Source: Idiomarina sp. (GTDB taxonomy: Bacteria > Pseudomonadota > Gammaproteobacteria > Enterobacterales > Alteromonadaceae). From it: a DNA stretch of 24,000 bases. The DNA is taken from assembly GCA_020831965.1 (NCBI GenBank), contig JAFIFP010000013.1:9431-33430 (forward strand), written 5' to 3'. Below the pieces are notes generated by a model. The model was not told the DNA's origin, searched no databases, and saw nothing but the letters and a program-made list of their open reading frames with translations. This document shows, one piece after another, positions 7,051 through 13,942 of the stretch (the first letter of the stretch is position 1; each line of letters starts with the position of its first letter). The position numbers were made by a program, and so were the translations under genes.

Positions 7051-7752
7051 CTAGATCAAAGTTACCCAATCCGGTAAGTACTGAATCGCTATAGTTTCAA
7101 GTACCTTGTCAAAACCAGTAAATATCATGGCTGCGATGAGCAATAACGCATAGCCCAGAATAAGTCGAGCAAGCTTCGCCGGTGCCCCCAGATCGCGTAT
7201 ACGCTTACCTGCAGCATAGCCAATACCAATGAGCGGTAACGCCGTGCCGACGCCGAACCCTAGCATCACTAAGAATGCCATTCCTAGGTTGCTTCCGGTT
7301 GAGGCTAACGCGATTGCCGCACCGAGTGTCGGCCCCACGCAAGGAAGCCAAACCAACCCCAAAGAACCGCCAATAACAAACTGAAAAGCTGGGTGCGACG
7401 AATCTCGTTCTACATTCCCGCTATTAGGTAGGAAGCTCAAACCTCGCGATAGCAAAATGGACATATATTGGTTGAGCCATGCATTGACTAAGGCCAACCC
7501 CATGAAAAGCATAAGGCCCGCAGCGAAGTAACGAAGGGCGTCTGGAGATAGTCCAGCATTCATGAACAAATAGGTGAGTATCGATCCACCCAATGCAAAA
7601 GTAAGTGCCAAGCCTCCCGCAAGGAACCATAACCCAGCCTTCGAGGCTCGCATAGCGGACGCAGTTACTGCCGGTACCATGGGCAAAACACAGGGTGATA
7701 GCAGGCTTAAAACGCCCGCTATCATCGCTAATGGAATGGCTGTCCATTCCAT
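7051..7752 (-). CDS. ccdA: Cytochrome c biogenesis protein CcdA / DsbD-family thiol:disulfide transmembrane electron transporter
   Basis: Six-TM profile with the two conserved Cys motifs LSPCVLPMVP and WLPCVGPTLG. The start lies 2 nt after the stop of the upstream thioredoxin gene (operon). Confidence 0.8.
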   Translation of the reverse strand: MEWTAIPLAMIAGVLSLLSPCVLPMVPAVTASAMRASKAGLWFLAGGLALTFALGGSILTYLFMNAGLSPDALRYFAAGLMLFMGLALVNAWLNQYMSILLSRGLSFLPNSGNVERDSSHPAFQFVIGGSLGLVWLPCVGPTLGAAIALASTGSNLGMAFLVMLGFGVGTALPLIGIGYAAGKRIRDLGAPAKLARLILGYALLLIAAMIFTGFDKVLETIAIQYLPDWVTLI

Positions 7753-7754
7753 GG

Positions 7755-8186
7755 TTATTCAGCGCCTATGTCATGTTTTGACAACTCGGAATTGATAACC
7801 CGCTGTCGAGTTTGGGCGACAGCAAACCAAAGCTGCTCTTCACCGCGATAAAGTGCGAACGTAGACTGACGCGGTGCGTTAAAGTAACTCACCCACTCTT
7901 TTTGAGAGTCGAAGTCTACTTCGAACACGACAATCTCACTGTCAGGATTGTTCTCAAAATAGCTGTTCAGTGCCCGTTGCTGTCTGGCGCACGTAGAGCA
8001 CCAAGTCGCATAAACGTCGACCAAGATTAACTTGTTCTCTTGTTGAGCGTTTCGAAATGCTGATTCAGTGAAAGGTTGTTTGAATTCCGCGAGATGTGTC
8101 GTCGACGCATTCACCGAGCTGATGTAGAGGAAAGTTCCAACGACGGCTAAGCTCGTCGCGGTAAGAATTGCGATAAGGTATTTCAT
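7755..8186 (-). CDS. Membrane-anchored/periplasmic thioredoxin-family protein (WCSTC active site)
   Basis: N-terminal signal/anchor MKYLIAILTATSLAVVGTFLYI. Thioredoxin-fold motif LVDVYATWCSTCARQ. GGAGG lies about 6 nt upstream of the ATG at 8186; the ORF-track start at 8198 lacks an RBS. Confidence 0.75.
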   Translation of the reverse strand: MKYLIAILTATSLAVVGTFLYISSVNASTTHLAEFKQPFTESAFRNAQQENKLILVDVYATWCSTCARQQRALNSYFENNPDSEIVVFEVDFDSQKEWVSYFNAPRQSTFALYRGEEQLWFAVAQTRQRVINSELSKHDIGAE

Positions 8187-8282
8187 AAAGACCTCCAAGG
8201 TAAGTTGACCTTGTCAGTCTATGGGAGCCGACCTAACTACACATTAACCAAAACACTTGTCTAGTGTACCGAAACAACGGCA

Positions 8283-9215
8283 TCAGGCATGGCGGTTACG
8301 ATATTCTCCTGGTGCACACGCTTCACGTTGTTTAAAAAAACGAATGAAAGCTGTGGCGGATTGGTATCCCAATGCCTCGGCGATTTGATCAAGAGTTTGT
8401 TGACTGTGAATAAGTAACTGCCGCGCTCGCTGCATCCTCAAAGTATCAACGATGGCTTTGGGGGACATAGACAATAACTTCTGACATCGATCAGCAAATG
8501 CACTGCGAGACAGATAAGCCAATGCTGCCATGCTATCCACCGACCAGTCCGCAGCGAGATCCGTCATCACAGCCACTAGTACTTTCCTCAACACGTCATC
8601 TCTCAGGGCCGCCAACAGACCACTCGTAATAGTTTCATCTGACAGAACTTGCCGAAGTAAGTGCAACACAATCACGTCACTCAACCGACTCACAGCAACC
8701 TGATAGCCCGGTCGCTGAGTGGCCGCTTCATCACGAACGATGGCGATGAGCTGGCTCAACTGTGTTGATTGTCGACTCGCCGGCAAGTGAATCACATCGG
8801 GCATGAGCTGAAACAAGGTTTCGGTGAGTGCGGAACCCACGTCAATGTCATAGCACACCAACCCGCGTTCTAGATGCGCTGGTATGCACAATGCGTCGAA
8901 GTCGTTTTGTGTTGTAGTCTCTGTGATGGGCTGATCACTCAACCAATGACGCAAGCCATGACTAAGAAACAAAGCATCACCCGCTACCATTTGAAACTGC
9001 TGCTCCAGTTGACCTGGCACAGCAACCCAAAGCTGCCCTTGCGTCACAACATGCAGGGCTGCCTTATTGGATTTCTCGGTAAGCAAGTTCCAATCTTCGC
9101 AAAATCCCGACTCAAAGTGCAATCGTGAACCAAAGGCCAGTTGTTCGAGTAACCTATCAACTCCCTCAGTCGTTTTAGTTGATTGCGCCGTCGTTTTGGT
9201 CATTGTGGTAATCAA
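8283..9215 (-). CDS. AraC-family transcriptional regulator (cupin-type N-domain + C-terminal double HTH)
   Basis: The C-terminal LSRSAFADRCQKLLSMSPKAIVDTLRMQRARQLL..SQQTLDQIAEALGYQSATAFIRFFKQ is a classic AraC HTH. The gene is divergent from the 9286 operon. The start could be 9215 or 9203. Confidence 0.85.
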   Translation of the reverse strand: MITTMTKTTAQSTKTTEGVDRLLEQLAFGSRLHFESGFCEDWNLLTEKSNKAALHVVTQGQLWVAVPGQLEQQFQMVAGDALFLSHGLRHWLSDQPITETTTQNDFDALCIPAHLERGLVCYDIDVGSALTETLFQLMPDVIHLPASRQSTQLSQLIAIVRDEAATQRPGYQVAVSRLSDVIVLHLLRQVLSDETITSGLLAALRDDVLRKVLVAVMTDLAADWSVDSMAALAYLSRSAFADRCQKLLSMSPKAIVDTLRMQRARQLLIHSQQTLDQIAEALGYQSATAFIRFFKQREACAPGEYRNRHA

Positions 9216-9285
9216 CCTAAATTACTAAAGTAGATATGAGAGCCACAAGTTTGCACCGCTAACCCATGCATTAAAAGGAAAAGTT

Positions 9286-9822
9286 ATGCCCGAGGATCTT
9301 TCCAGCAACAGTTTTACTGCACTAATCTCCGGGAATGTGGACCAGCTCGACCGTCTTCAAAATCTGATTAAAAACCTATCCAATGCCCAATACTCAAAGC
9401 CTTCGCGCCTGCCTCATCAGCCAAGCGTAGGACGACATGTCCGACATGTGATTGAGCACTATTTGCAGCTCTTGTTAAGCCTAACATCGGGCGTTCTCGA
9501 TTACAGTTTAAGGTCTCGAGATGTGCAATTTGAAGAATCCCTAGCAATGGCCATCGAGCAAATTTCAGAGATCCAAGAAAAACTCACTTCACTCTCTATC
9601 CCCTCTACAGGGTCTGCGGTCCAAAATCAGAACATTATTTTTCAGGCAAATAACCAGAAATTCTCGACAAATCTTGCGAGAGAGCTCGATTTCTTGAACA
9701 GTCATACGGTTCATCATTTGGCCTTGATACAAATTATTACGCAGGAATTTGGTATTCCAGCGGATCGCAGAACAGGCATTCACCCCACAACACTAGAGCA
9801 CCTCGACGCATGTGCACGATAA
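9286..9822 (+). CDS. DinB/YfiT-like superfamily protein (putative metal-dependent, possibly thiol-transferase-like)
   Basis: Four-helix-bundle-type pattern with a His triad: SVGRHVRHVIEHY and NSHTVHHLALI. RBS AAAGGAAAAG lies before the ATG. The assignment rests on motif recall only. Confidence 0.5.
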   Translation: MPEDLSSNSFTALISGNVDQLDRLQNLIKNLSNAQYSKPSRLPHQPSVGRHVRHVIEHYLQLLLSLTSGVLDYSLRSRDVQFEESLAMAIEQISEIQEKLTSLSIPSTGSAVQNQNIIFQANNQKFSTNLARELDFLNSHTVHHLALIQIITQEFGIPADRRTGIHPTTLEHLDACAR

Positions 9823-11414
9823 GCTGGTGCTTCGAGCACGAGCGTATGCACATTCTCGTGAATCGTGATGAGCAACGCGATCGTGATCATGCGCTCCCGC
9901 CCACACGCGTAACCAACAATACTGTCCAAGCAATGATGCCCATTGATCCTGAGGGTGGCGGGAGTTGGGTTGCCGCAAATGACCATGGGTTTGTGTTTTG
10001 CATTCTTAATCGCTATTCGCGCCTCGCATCAGTGGAACAGTCATGGCAAAGCCGGGGCGAACTGGTTCGTCAACTTTCTCAATGTGAGAACTGGAGCGCA
10101 GTACATGAGCTATTGCAACCTGGGAAGCTCGCACTCTATCGCCCATTCTCGCTGCTCGTATTTCATGGCAACAATGAACCCGAGCAATTTTCTTGGAGTA
10201 CCACTGTACTGACACAAACAGTAGCGCCTCGTTCTCCGGTCTCAAGCTCCAAAGTGTTGCCGCGATTCGTGCCTTGGATGAGAAAACGATGGGCCCAACT
10301 CACGTTACCGAAGCACCCGCAGCTTAGCGACCTAGAGAAGTATCACTTGGCGAGTCAACCCATTTGCGCGCACTTTGGCGTCAACATGAGTCGGCCAACG
10401 AGCCAAACCGTGAGTATCACCCGTGTTGAACTGACGACCTCGCAAGTAACCATGAGCTATTGGGCGGGTAACTTAACGGCTCTTAATACGGCGCAGAGTG
10501 AGTCAACTACATTGCAGCTGCGCGTTCCCCTGCATCTCTCCTCTTCTCATGTGAGTCGCATCAACTTAAAAACGTTAATGGCACAATATAATCCGAGTCT
10601 TGCTAAGGCTCTTCGTGGATGGCAATGGCGGTTGTTAACTTGGTTAGTTGATGAACCGGGGTTGAACCACCGGCTAACACAATTAGACAAATTACCAGTA
10701 GACACATTTTTCAGCCGTGCACTCAGTCAACTGCGAATAACCCCTGAGGTCCATGCCTTTCGCTGGCCAACCACGACCGCCCGACCAGTATTTCTTTGTA
10801 ATCATCCCACGGGCGGTATTGATGGTGTAATGACCCTCGCAATTCTCCTTAAGCGCTTCCCGAACCTCAAAGTCATTGCTAATGATGCACTCGCGACCAT
10901 CGAGCCCTTGGCCTCTAGAATCATTCCGATCAATGTGTTCGGCGACTCCCGTCAGTCCATACACAGGCTGATGAGCGCATTTTCTAGCGATGACCCGTTA
11001 TTGATTTTCCCCGCAGGAAAAACGGCACGATTTACTATAAAAGGGCAACTTGATGACGGCGATTGGCCTAAAAGTCTGGCAGCACTCATCCGGCGCTCTC
11101 AACGTCCTGTAGTTCCGCTGTTTATTCAGTCACGTAACTCGATACTGTTTTATTTGCTGCATGCACTTCGCCGCATGCTTCGCGTGTCGACTAATCTCGA
11201 AATGCTTCTCTTACCGAGAGAGACATTGAAGCCAGTGATTCGATCGCCGCAACTTTTTGTCGACTTGCCAATAAGTCCAACTGAAGTGGAAGCCTGTGCG
11301 GTAAATGATGAAAAACGCATCAACTGGTTACGCACTCGTTCATACTCGCTACCTAGCCAATTTGCCGAGGCCAATAATGACAAGTCCAGTTCCTCTTGCT
11401 CAAGCCGAAAATAG
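9810..11414 (+). CDS. Fusion protein: N-terminal NRDE (TANGO2/DUF833, Cys-Ntn-hydrolase-like) domain + C-terminal lysophospholipid/OlsA-type acyltransferase domain
   Basis: The protein starts with Met-Cys (MCTISW). The NRDE motif ILVNRDEQRDR is at nt 9861..9872, followed by IDPEGGGSWVAANDHGFVFCILN. C-terminal half: FLCNHPTGGIDG (His codon 10803, Asp codon 10821) and LLIFPAGKTAR acyltransferase blocks. The ATG overlaps the upstream gene by 13 nt (ATGTGCACGATAA). Confidence 0.7.
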   Translation: MCTISWCFEHERMHILVNRDEQRDRDHALPPTRVTNNTVQAMMPIDPEGGGSWVAANDHGFVFCILNRYSRLASVEQSWQSRGELVRQLSQCENWSAVHELLQPGKLALYRPFSLLVFHGNNEPEQFSWSTTVLTQTVAPRSPVSSSKVLPRFVPWMRKRWAQLTLPKHPQLSDLEKYHLASQPICAHFGVNMSRPTSQTVSITRVELTTSQVTMSYWAGNLTALNTAQSESTTLQLRVPLHLSSSHVSRINLKTLMAQYNPSLAKALRGWQWRLLTWLVDEPGLNHRLTQLDKLPVDTFFSRALSQLRITPEVHAFRWPTTTARPVFLCNHPTGGIDGVMTLAILLKRFPNLKVIANDALATIEPLASRIIPINVFGDSRQSIHRLMSAFSSDDPLLIFPAGKTARFTIKGQLDDGDWPKSLAALIRRSQRPVVPLFIQSRNSILFYLLHALRRMLRVSTNLEMLLLPRETLKPVIRSPQLFVDLPISPTEVEACAVNDEKRINWLRTRSYSLPSQFAEANNDKSSSSCSSRK

Positions 11415-12267
11415 AGACCAACTGCGTCACGAGTTGACCCAGTTAACGCCACTTTCGCATGTCCGTGGATTGCAAGTTTTTACTTTTAAAGCGGAGGAAG
11501 CACCGACAGTAATGAGAGAGGTCGGTCGTATTCGAGAGCTGATTTTTCGAGACGCCGGCGCAGGAAGGAACCTTGAGCGAGATCTCGATCCACTTGATTT
11601 TGGCCCCAACTGTTATCAACAGCTCTTAGTATGGGACCCAAAGCGGTCCGAAGTGGTTGCTCTGTATCGATTCAAATTGGGGGTTGAGGCAATTCAAGAT
11701 CTGCCATCCCTAAGAACTACGCAGCTATTCAATTACACCGAAGAATTCAAGGCGAATATTCTTCCCTTTGCCATAGAGCTTGGCCGTTCGGTCGTGAATC
11801 ATGAGGCTAAAGCAGCACGTTTCGGCTTCTTTGCGTTGTGGGTTGGACTCGAAGCGCTATTACACAAATACCCTCACGTCGAATTCTTTTTTGGCAATGT
11901 GTCACTCTACAAAACTCTGGGGCAAGCTCCGTTAAATCTGTTAGTGAGCTTTTGTCAGCTGCACTATCGACCACCCACACGTTTTCTTGCAGCGAAGCCA
12001 GAGCTCATTCTACACGCTGAGTGGCCAAATAATCAGAACTACCTCAATGCCAATGCTCGAGAACGAATTCAAGCACTACAAGGTCACTTAGACCACTACC
12101 ACATCAAAATTCCCAAAATACTGCAATCCTACTTGTCCTTAAGTACGGACATCTGGTTCGACGACGCAGCCCGCGACGCGGACTTTGGCGAAGCTTATGA
12201 GCTCAGTATTATTGTGCCCGTTAAGGCCATAGCGAAAGACCGCAGACTCAAGTTGGCGGGGGATTAA
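11377..12267 (+). CDS. OlsB/GlsB-like GNAT-fold N-acyltransferase (N-acyl amino acid / lyso-aminolipid synthase family, so-called hemolysin-like)
   Basis: Family blocks: IRELIFRDAGAG...DLDPLDF..CYQQLLVWD...VVALYRF and ELGRSVVNHE...FALWVGLEALL....FFFGNVSL. GAGG lies 6 nt before the ATG at 11377 (alternative ATG at 11305). The gene overlaps the upstream gene end at 11414. Confidence 0.7.
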   Translation: MTSPVPLAQAENRDQLRHELTQLTPLSHVRGLQVFTFKAEEAPTVMREVGRIRELIFRDAGAGRNLERDLDPLDFGPNCYQQLLVWDPKRSEVVALYRFKLGVEAIQDLPSLRTTQLFNYTEEFKANILPFAIELGRSVVNHEAKAARFGFFALWVGLEALLHKYPHVEFFFGNVSLYKTLGQAPLNLLVSFCQLHYRPPTRFLAAKPELILHAEWPNNQNYLNANARERIQALQGHLDHYHIKIPKILQSYLSLSTDIWFDDAARDADFGEAYELSIIVPVKAIAKDRRLKLAGD

Positions 12268-12414
12268 CTTCTGTTTTAAAAGCTTAAAGGCTGATTAAGA
12301 GGATATCGAGGCCGAAAGTTTCCGAGAAGATTTGTCTTATTGTGGTCAACTTTAGGTTGCGCTGCGTAGTGGATGGACAGATTAACTTTATGCTCTTACC
12401 CAAGGAACTACCAA

Positions 12415-12804
12415 ATGACGCATTTACTGACGACTTTGTTCATTGTGATGCTCTTGCCAATACTGGCTAAAGCACCGTTGGTAATGATGTTGATTAAGCA
12501 AAAGGGGGGCTATGACAATAACAACCCTAGGGCGCAGCAGCGCAATCTGAAAGGATTTGGTGAGCGCGCCACTGCAGCTCATTACAATAGTTTTGAAGCA
12601 CTGATCATGTTTGCTTCAGCGGTACTTATCACGGGCTTGTCAGGCGACATTGACCAAGGCAGCATCGCGTTGGCATACACTTTTGTTATTGCACGCGTGG
12701 CCTATCTGTTCTGTTATTGGTACGACAAAGCCACACTGCGCTCTTGGGTCTGGTTAGTGGGTGTCATTGCTCTCTTTGTCATGGCGGCTCGAGCCATTTG
12801 GTAA
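12415..12804 (+). CDS. MAPEG-family membrane protein (glutathione-transferase-like superfamily)
   Basis: About 130 aa with 3-4 TM segments. Characteristic segment: GYDNNNPRAQQRNLKGFGERATAAHYNSFEALIMFA. AAGGA lies 8 nt before the ATG at 12415; the ORF-track start at 12373 adds a non-hydrophobic extension. Confidence 0.7.
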   Translation: MTHLLTTLFIVMLLPILAKAPLVMMLIKQKGGYDNNNPRAQQRNLKGFGERATAAHYNSFEALIMFASAVLITGLSGDIDQGSIALAYTFVIARVAYLFCYWYDKATLRSWVWLVGVIALFVMAARAIW

Positions 12805-12820
12805 TGGCTGTTTTGCTGCG

Positions 12821-13765
12821 CTAGCCGTACCAATAGGACAACTGCTGCGCCGCAAACGGAATGTACAAAATCACGTTGAGCGGGAAGGTAATACCGAGCG
12901 CCGCAAGCATGGCTTTACTAATATCCGCACTCGGAATTGCTGCTCGTATGGCCGCCGGCGCCGCGATATATGATGCACTTGCGGTAAGTCCGCCCAAAAT
13001 CAAAATACTTCCCGTCGGCAATCCCAAATAGAAGCCCAACAGCAGACCGGGCCAGATCAACACCAAGGGCGCTAAGGCCGCAAACAAGATCAACCGCCAA
13101 TGCGCCATGGGTAATGGACGGCAAATGCGGGCGGTTGTTAAACCCATTTCAAGCAGAAACAATGCGAGTAGCGCGGTAAAGCCGTCAATGACTAAACTCT
13201 TCATTGCGCCCAAGCCTTCCGGCCCGTAGAGCCAGCCAATCACTACGCCACCCATCAACAGAATGACGCCTCGACTAGTGAAGGCCTCGTGCCAGATGGC
13301 GGACATCTTCGCGCCCTCACCTGTGTCACCATTTTTCCAGTGATAAAAAGCCAGCATGAGAATAATCGCTGGGAGTTCCAGTAACACCAGATAGAGTGTC
13401 GCATCCGCGGAAATAGTTAACCGATAGCTTTCGGCAAAGGCCCACGCCACAGCAAAAGTACCGGCGCTCACCGAACCATAATGGGCCGCAATACTAATGG
13501 CATCGGAAGAAGGTAACCGCACAATACGCCGAAGAATCGGCAAAATGGCCACGGGAATAATCAGCCCCAGTGACATAATGGCGAGTAAATGGCTCCAAAC
13601 AATAGATTGTGCGTCTCCGTGCAGGGCTAAACCGCCCTTAATCCCGATACTGAGCATCAAAAGGATTGTCAGGATTTCATAAATCTGGCCCGGAACTTTC
13701 AAGTCAGACTTCACAATTCCTGCAACGACACCTAGCACAAAGAAGGCAATCACGATGTCCGGCAT
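12821..13765 (-). CDS. Sodium-dependent bicarbonate transporter family (SbtA-like/DUF897) permease
   Basis: The polytopic membrane protein starts IAFFVLGVVAGIVKSDLKVPGQIYEILTILLMLSIGIKGGLAL, the conserved N-terminal block of this family. Confidence 0.65.
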   Translation of the reverse strand: MPDIVIAFFVLGVVAGIVKSDLKVPGQIYEILTILLMLSIGIKGGLALHGDAQSIVWSHLLAIMSLGLIIPVAILPILRRIVRLPSSDAISIAAHYGSVSAGTFAVAWAFAESYRLTISADATLYLVLLELPAIILMLAFYHWKNGDTGEGAKMSAIWHEAFTSRGVILLMGGVVIGWLYGPEGLGAMKSLVIDGFTALLALFLLEMGLTTARICRPLPMAHWRLILFAALAPLVLIWPGLLLGFYLGLPTGSILILGGLTASASYIAAPAAIRAAIPSADISKAMLAALGITFPLNVILYIPFAAQQLSYWYG

Positions 13766-13942
13766 GGCAATTCTCGCTTATTTAAAATGAGCTGGTCGAC
13801 GGTCGCGCAAATATATCACAGTCATTTACTCGCTCGCAGAGATATCAGCTCGTACCACAACAGTCGCGATACTTGATCTAACGCACTCCAAAAGCCTCAA
13901 TCGCCGACTACACTAAGACTCGGTATAGTGAGGGAGAGTGTT

